A stretch of DNA of 64,000 bases from an uncultured Planctomycetaceae bacterium (GTDB lineage Bacteria; Planctomycetota; Phycisphaerae; SM23-33), in the NCBI GenBank assembly GCA_964427875.1, contig CAYRVX010000006.1, forward strand, positions 47,222 through 111,221, read 5' to 3'. The notes under the pieces are model-generated. The model worked only from the letters and a program-made list of their open reading frames with translations, was not told where the DNA came from and ran no database searches. The translations under genes and the position numbers were made by a program. Positions 16,973-25,823 of this stretch are shown piece after piece. How positions within the stretch are numbered: the stretch's first letter is position 1; every line of letters starts with the position of its first letter.

Positions 16973-17247
16973 TTCGGCTGTCTCCCGGCCGCTGAGGGTC
17001 CGGCCAATGGACATACGCCCCGCCGCGAGGGAGGTCAAATCAATTCGCGCCGGTCGTCGGCCGGGAATCGGGGGCTTGCGGCCAGCGGGTCGTGCCGCCT
17101 CTTTTTGGGGGGTCTGATCCCGAAGGGATCGGATAGGATATGGGCGCAGCGAGGAGGAGGCGGCCGGCGGGTTCGGCGGCAAAACGCGAGCTGGGTCACC
17201 AGATGAAGGCAATATCGCCCGGGCGCGGGCGTTAAACGGAATGGCAC

Positions 17248-17832
17248 ATGGACCCACAGCGGCTTCGTGCTGTGATTGCGTCGGCCCAAGCCGGCGACCC
17301 CGAGGCCTATCGGGCGCTGCTGGACGCCTACGGGCGCCGGCTGTATGGTTACTTTCTCCGCGCCACGGGAAAGCACCACGACGCGGAGGATCTTCTGGGT
17401 GAGTTGATGCTGCGCTTGGTGGCGAGAATCGGCAAGTACGACCATCGCGGGCGGTTCGAGCCGTGGGTGTTCCGGATCGCGGCCAACATGGTCCGGGACC
17501 GGATCCGCAGGATGAAGGCCAGTCCCGCGCCGGCGAGCCTGTCGGCCGAGACCGAATCGGGCACGACGCGGGCCGACCAGCTCCCGGCCGAGACGGACGA
17601 GATCGAGACGGGCCTTCTGGCCGCGGAGGCCTCGGCCAAGCTGCACGCGGCCCTGGGAAAGCTCGACGTCACCACGCGGCAGATGATCCTGCTGCGGCAT
17701 TTCGGTCAAATGAGTTTCAAGGAAATCGCCGAACTATTTGAATGTCCGCTCGGCACGGCCCTGGCGAAGGTGCACAGGGGCCTGCGCAGCCTGCGACGAC
17801 AGATGGACAGGGAACATGATGCTGACGAATGA
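17248..17832 (+). CDS. ECF-type RNA polymerase sigma-70 family factor
   Basis: Region 2 (DAEDLLGELMLRLV...FEPWVFRIAANMVRDRIRR) and region 4 HTH (MSFKEIAELFECPLGTALAKVHRGLRSLR). Confidence 0.85.
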   Translation: MDPQRLRAVIASAQAGDPEAYRALLDAYGRRLYGYFLRATGKHHDAEDLLGELMLRLVARIGKYDHRGRFEPWVFRIAANMVRDRIRRMKASPAPASLSAETESGTTRADQLPAETDEIETGLLAAEASAKLHAALGKLDVTTRQMILLRHFGQMSFKEIAELFECPLGTALAKVHRGLRSLRRQMDREHDADE

Positions 17833-18448
17833 GCAATACGAACGGATCGGACGGTACCTGGACGGCGAGAAGCTCCCCTTGAGCGAGGCCGAGCGCGGAG
17901 TGGCCCGGCAGATCCGCGACGACGAGACCCGCGTTGCGGGCATGCTGGGCGCAGCCGTGCCCGCCGGTGCCGTCGCACGCACCCGCCAAGGCCTCTTGTT
18001 GGCCCAGATCCGGCGCGACGAGGCCGCCCTGGCGAATCTGCTGGACGCGCCCGTCCCGCCGCAGACATTCCAGCGAGTGCACCGGCGCGTGGTGGCGGAG
18101 CTAGCCAGGCCGCAGCGCAGGCTGGTGCGCATCGGCGCCGCGGCTGCGTCCGTCGCCGCTGCCGCCGCGGTCCTGCTGGTGGCGGTCCTCTCGACCACGC
18201 AACTGAACCGGGACAAGCACAGCGAGGTCGCGGCCGGGCCGGAACTCCGCACGGTGCCGGTCGAAGTTATCTCGGCGTCCGTCGAGGAGCCGAGGGACGT
18301 GGCCGTCGAGCTGCTGGCCAGGGAGATCGACCAGCTCGAGTACGACATTCTGGCAGCGGCGCCGCCGGCAGAAGTGGAAATGGGCATCGACCAGGTCGAG
18401 CGGGCACTGGAGGAGTTCTGGCTGGACCTGGACGAGATGCTGGAGTAG
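17816..18448 (+). CDS. putative single-pass anti-sigma factor
   Basis: The start overlaps the end of the sigma gene. There is one hydrophobic segment (AAAASVAAAAAVLLVAVL). The call rests on position and topology only. Confidence 0.5.
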   Translation: MMLTNEQYERIGRYLDGEKLPLSEAERGVARQIRDDETRVAGMLGAAVPAGAVARTRQGLLLAQIRRDEAALANLLDAPVPPQTFQRVHRRVVAELARPQRRLVRIGAAAASVAAAAAVLLVAVLSTTQLNRDKHSEVAAGPELRTVPVEVISASVEEPRDVAVELLAREIDQLEYDILAAAPPAEVEMGIDQVERALEEFWLDLDEMLE

Positions 18449-18492
18449 CCGCTGTCCGCCGCGAAGGGCGGAGAAAAGCGCAAGGTGAGAAC

Positions 18493-19251
18493 ATGCGGAG
18501 AATCTCGATCGCAATCCTGGCGGCCGCGGTCGTCGCGGCCGTCGTTGTGCTTGCCGTGAACGCCCCGAACCCCGCGTGGTCGGCCCCGGAGAGAACAGAG
18601 CCCGCCGGGCCGCCTCCCCCGCGTCGCGGCCGACCGACAACCCACCCCGCGCCCGGCAGGCCCGGGCCGCGCCCGGGGGGCACGATGTACCGCCGCTACG
18701 GCAAGCCGCTCACCAAGGAGCAGGAAGAGGAGGTCCTGCAGTATCTCAAGAAGAAGCGCCCGGATCTCTTCCAGCAGGCCACCAGCGAGCGGGAAAAGGA
18801 CCCCCGACGGTACCAGAGGACGATCCGCTCGATGTGGTACTTCATCTCGGGGCTCAAGAGCCTCCCCGAGCCCGTCCGCGATGCCGAGGAAGCGCGCCAC
18901 ATGCTGCGTATCCAGATGTGGCGCCTCGCCAAGGAGCTGAAGGACACCCAGAGCCCCGGCCGGAAGAAGGAGCTCACGAAGCAGATCCACGAACTGGCGG
19001 ACAAGCACTTCGACGCCGACCAGATCATCCGCCAACACCGTCTGAGCCAACTCGAGGGGTACATAGAACGGCTCAAGCGTGAGTTGAAGGAACGAGCGCA
19101 GGACCGCCAGGCCGTCGTCCGGGAAACGGTCGAGCGCATGATCAGCAGCGCCGAACGATACCGCCAGCGGAGCGAGAGGGGCCCGCGGTCGCGTCCCAGC
19201 TCGCGCCCCAGCACGGGCGCCTCCTCCCACCACAAGCCGCCGGCGAAGTAG
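18493..19251 (+). CDS. hypothetical exported/anchored coiled-coil protein
   Basis: N-terminal hydrophobic segment MRRISIAILAAAVVAAVVVLAV, then a charged helical region. AGGTGA RBS. Good GC3 codon pattern. Confidence 0.6.
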   Translation: MRRISIAILAAAVVAAVVVLAVNAPNPAWSAPERTEPAGPPPPRRGRPTTHPAPGRPGPRPGGTMYRRYGKPLTKEQEEEVLQYLKKKRPDLFQQATSEREKDPRRYQRTIRSMWYFISGLKSLPEPVRDAEEARHMLRIQMWRLAKELKDTQSPGRKKELTKQIHELADKHFDADQIIRQHRLSQLEGYIERLKRELKERAQDRQAVVRETVERMISSAERYRQRSERGPRSRPSSRPSTGASSHHKPPAK

Positions 19252-19376
19252 CGTCGTCGGCGCCCGCCGCCGGGCCGGCGGTTTCCGCTTGTCCCCGGCC
19301 GTAGCCACTCCTACGATCGTGAGCGCAGCGGTGCCGACTGTGCGCCGGTTTCCTGCATCTCACCCGGACGTCAGGA

Positions 19377-19593
19377 GTGCGGCCCATGGGCGACATCGCC
19401 ATCATCCTGCTCGTCCTGTTCGGCCTCTTAGCCGCGGCCGGCGTCGTGGGCGGCAGCATCCTCGGCATCATTGCCTTCATTCGCGGCTTCAGGCTGAGCA
19501 AGGAGCTTTCGCGGATTCGGCGCAGCCTGGATGCCGTGGAATCCGGATTGAGCGCTCTGGGAATGCCGGCCGCGCCGGCGGAAGCAGGGCGCG
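19377..19593 (+). other. protein-like N-terminal membrane segment with no in-frame stop; probable 5' part of a frameshifted gene
   Basis: MGDIAIILLVLFGLLAAAGVVGGSILGIIAFIRGF... has high GC3 up to about 19590. After that the same frame becomes Arg/Pro junk all the way to 20444. Confidence 0.4.
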
Positions 19594-20193
19594 ATGTCCT
19601 TCGGGGACGCGAACTTCCTTCGCCGCGTGGAGGTCCTCGGCCGCAACCGCCCTACACGCACCGTCGTCGAGTCCGTCGAGGACGCCCCGCCCCGGAAACG
19701 CGAGGTCCCAGTGCCGTGGCGCAGGTTGACCGACGGCACTCTACACCGTTTCTCCTCGCCGGATGGCCGGGCCGAGTCCTCCAGCCTGCGCCTGCCCGTC
19801 GACGGGAGGTGCCGCTATCTGCTCGTCAGGATCCACAACGGCGACAACGCCCCGCTGAAGTTCACCGGCTTGAAGGTCAGCAGGCTTCAGTACCATCTCG
19901 CATTCCAGCCGAAGGCCGGGGGGACCTATCGCCTTTACTTCGGCAACGAAGCGGCCGGCAAGCCCCAGTACGACCTGGCGCACTTCATCGACCGCCTTCG
20001 GGCCGAGCGCGTGACCACGGTGGCCCTCGCCCCCGCGTCGGCGAATCCGTCGTTCGCCGTCAAGGAAAAGGCCGCGCCCTGGAGCGAGCGATACAGGGCG
20101 CTCTTATGGGGCGTCCTCATCGCCGTGCTGGTGATCCTCGGCGTGCTGGTCGTCCGCCAGGCCAGGCGCGCCCGCCCGGCGAGCGGCGAGTAG
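19594..20193 (+). CDS. DUF3999-like domain protein with C-terminal transmembrane anchor
   Basis: ...RCRYLLVRIHNGDNAPLKFTGLKV...YRLYFGN...ALLWGVLIAVLVILGVLVV. It resembles the C-terminal half of DUF3999 proteins (recognised from memory, not searched). Confidence 0.55.
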   Translation: MSFGDANFLRRVEVLGRNRPTRTVVESVEDAPPRKREVPVPWRRLTDGTLHRFSSPDGRAESSSLRLPVDGRCRYLLVRIHNGDNAPLKFTGLKVSRLQYHLAFQPKAGGTYRLYFGNEAAGKPQYDLAHFIDRLRAERVTTVALAPASANPSFAVKEKAAPWSERYRALLWGVLIAVLVILGVLVVRQARRARPASGE

Positions 20194-20310
20194 CCATTCC
20201 GCGGCAAGGCTTGCCGCTTGGCGGGACCCCGCGCGCCGGCCGTGTTCCGCCTGTGGCCCGACACCCGGAACCATGGCGCGTCACCATGCGCGGTCCTATA
20301 GAATGCTGTA

Positions 20311-21474
20311 ATGCCCGACGACCGTTCGACATCGTCTCCGGGCCGCGGCGAGGGCGCGAGTGCCTTCGCCAGCGAGCTGATCGATCGCATTCGCTCCGCG
20401 GGCAACGTCTGGGCCCTGTCGGGGGGCCAGATCCGTCTGCCTGAAGTGTTCGGCTTCTGCCGCGGCGTCAAGCAGGCCCTGGCGATGCTCCAGAAGGCCG
20501 TCGCCACGCACGCCGACCGCGGCGGGCGGCTGTTCCTGCTCGGCCAGATCATCCACAACCCGTGGGTCAACTCCTACTTCCAGGCCCGCGGCGTGCGGAT
20601 CCTGTCGAGGGACCAGACCCAGCAGCTCGAGCGGCACATCGGTCCGGGCGACTGTGCGGTGATCCCCGCCTTCGGCGTGGAGCTGCCCGTGGAGAAGCGC
20701 CTCCGCGCGATCGGTTGCGAGATCGTGGACACCTCCTGCGGCGACGTCCGCCGGCTGTGGCGCTGGGCGGGGCGGGCGGCCGAGGACGGCTACGGCGTGC
20801 TGATCCTCGGCCGGGCCAACCACGACGAGACGGTCGTCACGAAGAGCCGCCTCGCGGCCGTCGGGGGACGATACCTCGTCGTCGGCGACATGGACCAGAC
20901 CCGCCTGTTCTGCGACCTCGTCACGGGCAGGCGCCCCGTAGCGGCCTTCCGCGACCACTTCCACGCCGAGGCCACCAACGCCGACGCGCTCCAGCCGTTC
21001 GAGCGCCTCGCCCAGGTCAGCCAGACCACCATGCTGTACGACGAGACCCTGACCGTCCGCGAGCTGATCCGCCGGGCGTACGCCGAGCGTTTCGGCGAGG
21101 CGGGGCCGGACGAGCGGCTCGTCTTCCAACCGACCGTCTGCCGGGCGACCCAGGCGAGGCAGGCCGCCGCCGTCGGGCTGTGCCGGTCCGGCTGCGACTT
21201 GGCCGTCGTCGTGGGCGGGTTCGGCTCCTCCAACACCCGTCACCTGTACGAACTGGCCAGCGGCTTCGCCCCCGCGTGGTTCATCGAGGACGCCCGCGCG
21301 ATCCGCTCGGCGCGGGAGCTGGAGACGATCGACATCGCCGACGACCGCCGCTACGTGGCCGCCGACTGGCTGCCCGGCCGCCGCCCCCTGCGGATCGCCG
21401 TCCTCGCCGGCGCCTCCAGCCCGGAGATCGTCGTCGGAGAGGTCGTCCGGCGGCTTGGTGAGTTCCTGAGCTGA
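20311..21474 (+). CDS. ispH: 4-hydroxy-3-methylbut-2-enyl diphosphate reductase
   Basis: FGFCRGVKQA, IIHNPWV, DTSCGDV, GRANHDETV, QVSQTT, TVCRATQARQ, VVVGGFGSSNTRHL: the three Cys ligands and conserved IspH/LytB blocks. Confidence 0.9.
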   Translation: MPDDRSTSSPGRGEGASAFASELIDRIRSAGNVWALSGGQIRLPEVFGFCRGVKQALAMLQKAVATHADRGGRLFLLGQIIHNPWVNSYFQARGVRILSRDQTQQLERHIGPGDCAVIPAFGVELPVEKRLRAIGCEIVDTSCGDVRRLWRWAGRAAEDGYGVLILGRANHDETVVTKSRLAAVGGRYLVVGDMDQTRLFCDLVTGRRPVAAFRDHFHAEATNADALQPFERLAQVSQTTMLYDETLTVRELIRRAYAERFGEAGPDERLVFQPTVCRATQARQAAAVGLCRSGCDLAVVVGGFGSSNTRHLYELASGFAPAWFIEDARAIRSARELETIDIADDRRYVAADWLPGRRPLRIAVLAGASSPEIVVGEVVRRLGEFLS

Positions 21475-21486
21475 CCGGGCGCGCTG

Positions 21487-22374
21487 CTACTCGGCCGCGA
21501 CGCGGCGGTCTTGGATAATCTGGGCGATGGTGGTCTCCCGGCGTTTCTTGGCGGCGGCGAAGAAGCGCTCCAGGCCCCTGGCGTCGGCCAGCTCGAGAAG
21601 GTCGCGGAGGGCCATCAGCGACTCGTCGAAATCGTCGATGGCCGCGAGGATCCGCCTGCGGTTGGTCAGAAAGATGTCCCGCCACATCTCCGGGTCGCCG
21701 CTGGCCAGCCGGGTGGCGTCGCGGAAACCCGTGGCGGAAACGTCCAGGTCGGCGGGCCTCGGCAGGCGCATCAGCAGGCTGGCCAGCGCGTGAGGCAGAT
21801 GGCTTACGCGAGCCACGGCGCGGTCGTGGGCGGCCGGCAGCATCCGGAACGTCCGCATGCCCATCTTCCGCCAGAGCCGCTCGACGCGGGCGGTGACGGA
21901 CTGCGGCGTCTTGGCCGTGGGCGTCACGACGCACGTCGCGGCGGCGAACAGGTCCGCCCGCGCGAAGCTCGGGCCCTTCTGTTCGCTGCCGGCCATCGGG
22001 TGGCTGCCGACGAAGCGGCGGTGCCCCAGCGTCCGCCCGGCCGCCCGGACGACGCCGCTCTTGGTCGAGCCCACGTCCGTCACGATCGCCCGCCGAGAGA
22101 GGACCGGCCCGATCGCCCGCATGTATCGCTCGAACGCGCCGACCGGCGTGGCCAGGATCACCAGGTCCGTCCGGCCGACGGCCTCGGCTGCGTCGAGGTG
22201 GGCCGTGTCGATCGCCCCTATCTCCAGCGCCGTCTGGAGGCTCGCCTGCCGCCGCCCGACGCCCGCGATGCGAACGTGCGGGTCGTGGGCCTTGATGGCC
22301 AGCCCGGCCGACCCGCCCAGCAGGCCCACGCCGATGATCGTCACGTGATGGAGCTTCTCGCCTGTGTCAGCCAT
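21487..22374 (-). CDS. tyrA: prephenate dehydrogenase
   Basis: HVTIIGVGLLGGSAG (NAD site)...DVGSTK...FVGSHPMAGSE. The ATG at 22374 was chosen over the longer ORF. Confidence 0.85.
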   Translation of the reverse strand: MADTGEKLHHVTIIGVGLLGGSAGLAIKAHDPHVRIAGVGRRQASLQTALEIGAIDTAHLDAAEAVGRTDLVILATPVGAFERYMRAIGPVLSRRAIVTDVGSTKSGVVRAAGRTLGHRRFVGSHPMAGSEQKGPSFARADLFAAATCVVTPTAKTPQSVTARVERLWRKMGMRTFRMLPAAHDRAVARVSHLPHALASLLMRLPRPADLDVSATGFRDATRLASGDPEMWRDIFLTNRRRILAAIDDFDESLMALRDLLELADARGLERFFAAAKKRRETTIAQIIQDRRVAAE

Positions 22375-22498
22375 CTTTCCGCGGGCAAGCGTAGGGCAAG
22401 AGGGGCCGGTCCGCAAGTGCCTCTGGCATTGCGGAGCGGGCGGCGTATAATGTCCGCTCTGCCGGCCGGCGGGCCGGACAGGAAAGGCCAGACAGGAC

Positions 22499-23878
22499 AT
22501 GGGCTCGCTGGAAGCGCTTCAGGATCGGTTCCGCCGCAACGTGGTCTTCAGGATGACGGTGCGGCTGTCGGGCGGCGCCGAGGCGCTGGCCGCGGTCTTA
22601 TCGGCCGTCGGCGAGGCGGGCGCCGCCGCCGGCGAGATCGAGCTGGCCGACGTCCTTGCCGACGGCGCGGCGTACGAGATCCAGGTCTTCGCAGCCGACG
22701 ACGACCAGATGGCCGCCGTCCGGGCGGCTGTGGGCTCCCTCCGCTGCGCGGAAATCGCCGAGGTCCTGGACCTGGCGATGGAGACGCATCGCGGCGGGTC
22801 GTGCGAGCTTCGCAGCCGCACGCCGATCCGCTCGAACACGGACCTCCGCATCGTCTACACGCCGGGCGTGGCGCGGGTGTGCAGGGCGATCGAGGCCGAG
22901 CCGCACCTCGCGCGCGAGTACACCAACCTGGCCAACAAGGTGGCGATCGTCACGAACGGCACGGCGATCCTGGGCCTGGGCGACATCGGGCCCGTCGCGG
23001 GCCTGCCCGTGATGGAGGGCAAGGCGGCGATCTTCTGGGAGTTCGTGGGCATCTCGGCCGAGCCGATCCTGATCGACACGCGCGACCCGGCCGAGTTCAT
23101 CCACGTCTGCGAAAGAATCGCCTGCACGTTCGGCGCGATCCAGATCGAGGACGTCGCCGCCCCGGAGTGCTTCGAGATCACCCGGACGCTGGACGAGCGG
23201 CTTGATATACCGGTCTTCCACGACGATCAGCACGGCACGGCGACGATCGTCCTGGCGGGGCTCTTTAGCGCCTTGAAGCGAACGGGCAAGCGGATCGAGG
23301 ACATGACCTGCGCCATCAGCGGGGCCGGCGCGGCGGGCACGGCGGTGGCCGACCTGATCATGCAGGCCGGCGTGCCCGACATCGTGTTGTGCGACTCCGC
23401 CGGCGTGCTCTACCGCGGGCGCAGCGAGAACATGAACCCCGAGAAGCAGGCCCTGGCCGAACGGACCAACGCCGACAACATCCGTGGCACGCTGGCCGAC
23501 GCGATGAAAGGACGCGAGCTCTTCATCGGCGTCAGCCGGCCGAACCTGGTCTCGCAGGACATGGTCCGCTCGATGGCGCCGGGGCCGATCGTTTTCGCCC
23601 TGGCCAACCCCGTCAGCGAGATCAGCGTGCCGGAGGCGTACGAGGCGGGCGCCTCGCTGGCGGCCGACGGGCGAATGATGAACAACGCCCTGGCCTATCC
23701 GGGCATCTTCCGCGGCGCGCTGGACGCGGCGGCCGAGGCGATCACCAACGAGATGCTCACCGCCGCGGCCGACGCGCTGGCCCGCGCCGTGCCGGAAGGT
23801 GAATTCATGCCCGAGATGATGGACCTCGCGACCCACAAGGCCGTCGCCGAGGCGGTGCGGAAGGCGGCCAAGCAATGA
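22499..23878 (+). CDS. NAD(P)-dependent malic enzyme with N-terminal ACT-like domain
   Basis: VYTPGVARVC, VTNGTAILGLGDIG, PVMEGKAAIF, FHDDQHGTA, SGAGAAGTA. Confidence 0.85.
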   Translation: MGSLEALQDRFRRNVVFRMTVRLSGGAEALAAVLSAVGEAGAAAGEIELADVLADGAAYEIQVFAADDDQMAAVRAAVGSLRCAEIAEVLDLAMETHRGGSCELRSRTPIRSNTDLRIVYTPGVARVCRAIEAEPHLAREYTNLANKVAIVTNGTAILGLGDIGPVAGLPVMEGKAAIFWEFVGISAEPILIDTRDPAEFIHVCERIACTFGAIQIEDVAAPECFEITRTLDERLDIPVFHDDQHGTATIVLAGLFSALKRTGKRIEDMTCAISGAGAAGTAVADLIMQAGVPDIVLCDSAGVLYRGRSENMNPEKQALAERTNADNIRGTLADAMKGRELFIGVSRPNLVSQDMVRSMAPGPIVFALANPVSEISVPEAYEAGASLAADGRMMNNALAYPGIFRGALDAAAEAITNEMLTAAADALARAVPEGEFMPEMMDLATHKAVAEAVRKAAKQ

Positions 23879-23939
23879 CCCCGCGGCGAGGCGTTTGGCG
23901 GTGGGCGGCACGCCCGCCAGACTATCGGAAAGACAAACC

Positions 23940-24581
23940 ATGAAAGCACTTATCGTTTTCGGCGGATGGGACGGGCACGAGCCCGGGCCGGTCAGCGAGG
24001 TCCTGGCCAAGGCCCTTCGTGACAGTGGCGTGGAGGTGGAACTGTCGGACACGCTCGATTCGGTCAACGAGCTGAAGCCCCTGCTGGAGCTCGACCTGAT
24101 TGTGCCGGTCTGGACGATGGGCGAGATCGAGCCCCAGCAGGCCCAGAACCTCTGCGAGGCCGTCAAGCAGGGCGTGGGGCTCGCCGGCGTGCACGGGGGC
24201 ATGGGCGACGCCTTCCGGGAGGCCACCAACTACCAGTTCATGGTCGGCGGGCAATGGGTAGCCCATCCCGGCGGCATCGTGGACTACCGCGTGCACGTCG
24301 TCGATCACGCCGATCCGATCACCGCCGACATGGACCACTTCCAGGTGCACAGCGAGCAGTACTACATGCACGTCGATCCGTCCAACCACGTGCTGGCGAC
24401 GACGACGTTCGAGTACAACGGCTGCACCATGCCCGTCGTGTGGAAGCGGATGTGGGGCAAGGGGCGGGTGTTCTACTCGTCGCTCGGACACGTGGCCAAG
24501 GACTTCGACGTGCCGGAGGTGCTCACGCTCATCACCCGGGGCATGCTCTGGGCGGCCGAAGGGCGAAAGGCAGGCAGGTAG
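23940..24581 (+). CDS. ThuA-domain protein (trehalose-utilisation-like, class-I glutamine-amidotransferase-like fold)
   Basis: MKALIVFGGWDGHEP...GLAGVHGG...VFYSSLGH. Confidence 0.7.
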   Translation: MKALIVFGGWDGHEPGPVSEVLAKALRDSGVEVELSDTLDSVNELKPLLELDLIVPVWTMGEIEPQQAQNLCEAVKQGVGLAGVHGGMGDAFREATNYQFMVGGQWVAHPGGIVDYRVHVVDHADPITADMDHFQVHSEQYYMHVDPSNHVLATTTFEYNGCTMPVVWKRMWGKGRVFYSSLGHVAKDFDVPEVLTLITRGMLWAAEGRKAGR

Positions 24582-24634
24582 CCGCGGGCCGCCCGTCGGC
24601 TTGCGGCCGGGAGATTTCCCTTGCAGGAAGAACG

Positions 24635-24700
24635 CAGGCTGCGATAGGCTCTGTGGTTAGTCATCGCAGCCTGACTGAAAGGACGCCGCCCGCGTCCTTT
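24635..24700 (+). terminator. two tandem hairpins downstream of the ThuA-like gene (the second is terminator-like)
   Basis: CAGGCTGCGAT (24635-24645) pairs with ATCGCAGCCTG (24663-24673), an 11-bp stem. AAAGGACGC (24678-24686) pairs with GCGTCCTTT (24692-24700), a 9-bp stem. There is only a short T tract. Confidence 0.4.
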
Positions 24701-24763
24701 CTTGGTATAGAAGGCCCGGTGGGGCTTTGGCCGACCGGTGCCGGCCGGCAAGATCGGAACATC

Positions 24764-25789
24764 ATGGCCAGGCAGAGCAACTCCGCCCCCGAGAACGGCT
24801 ACCACCTGCCGTTCGAGAAGCCGATCATGCGGCTTCAGCGGCAGGTGGCGGACCTGGAGGCCGAGCAGGTCAAGGCGGGGCGGGACTTCTCCGCCGAGAT
24901 CCGGCAGCTTCGGGCCCAGTACGTATCGCTGCTCCGCAAGACGTACCGGAACCTCACGCCCTGGGAGACGGTGCAGGTCGCGCGGCACCCGCAGCGCCCG
25001 ATTGCGGGGGATTACATCGAGCGGATCGTGAAGAATTTCGTGGCGCTCCACGGCGACCGCCGCTTCGCCGACGACAAGGCCATGCGCTGCGGGCTGGGGC
25101 GGATCGGTACGGAGAAAGTGGCCATCGTCGCCCAGCACAAGGGGCGGGAAACGAAGGAGAAGATCGCCTGCAATTTCGGATGCCCGCATCCGGAAGGGTA
25201 TCGCAAGGCGCTGCGGGTGATGAGGCTCGCGGAGAAGTTCTCGCTGCCGGTGGTGACGCTGCTGGACACGGCCGGGGCGTATCCCGGCATCGGCTCGGAG
25301 GAGCGCGGCGTGGCGGAGTCCATCGCGCGGAACCTGATGGAGATGAGCCGGCTGCGCACGCCGATCGCATGCGTGGTCATCGGCGAGGGCGGGTCGGGCG
25401 GGGCGCTCGGGATCGGCGTGGGCGACCGCATCGCCATGATGGAGTTCGCCTGGTATTCGGTGATCAGCCCGGAAGGCTGCGCGGCCATTCTCTGGCGAAC
25501 GGGCGAGAAGGCGGCCGAGGCCGCCGCGGCCATGAAGCTCACCGCTCGAGACCTCAAGGCCCTCGACGTCATCGACGACATCATCCCTGAACCGCTGGGC
25601 GGGGCCCATCGAAACCCCGCCGAGGCCGCCAATAACCTCGAACGGCACGTCGTCCACACGCTGCGCGAGCTGGCCCGCGTGCCCATCGACAACCTGCTCA
25701 AGCACCGATACGCCCGCTGGCGGCGAATGGGCAAGGTCATTCGCCTCCGGGAGGAAACGGCCGAAGAGGGCCGCACCGAGGCGCAGTAG
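24764..25789 (+). CDS. accA: acetyl-CoA carboxylase carboxyltransferase alpha subunit
   Basis: PWETVQVARHPQRP..., FGCPHPEGYRKALR, DTAGAYPGIGSEERG, IGEGGSGGALGIG, VISPEGCAAILW. Confidence 0.9.
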   Translation: MARQSNSAPENGYHLPFEKPIMRLQRQVADLEAEQVKAGRDFSAEIRQLRAQYVSLLRKTYRNLTPWETVQVARHPQRPIAGDYIERIVKNFVALHGDRRFADDKAMRCGLGRIGTEKVAIVAQHKGRETKEKIACNFGCPHPEGYRKALRVMRLAEKFSLPVVTLLDTAGAYPGIGSEERGVAESIARNLMEMSRLRTPIACVVIGEGGSGGALGIGVGDRIAMMEFAWYSVISPEGCAAILWRTGEKAAEAAAAMKLTARDLKALDVIDDIIPEPLGGAHRNPAEAANNLERHVVHTLRELARVPIDNLLKHRYARWRRMGKVIRLREETAEEGRTEAQ

Positions 25790-25823
25790 CGTGCCGGCCG
25801 ACGCACGCCCGGGAGAACCCACG

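Noticed and set aside
20297-20313. TATAGAAT box 7 nt upstream of the ispH ATG, suggesting a leaderless mRNA.
   Set aside because: No acceptable -35 lies at 16-18 nt spacing, and the -10 alone is weak evidence. It is noted only as a possibility.
24643-24662. 10-nt match (TAGGCTCTGT) between the hairpin loop downstream of the ThuA-like gene and the IS5 terminal inverted repeat: a possible solo IR remnant.
   Set aside because: The match does not extend beyond 10 nt. A chance 10-mer match in 64 kb on two strands is not improbable (order 0.1).
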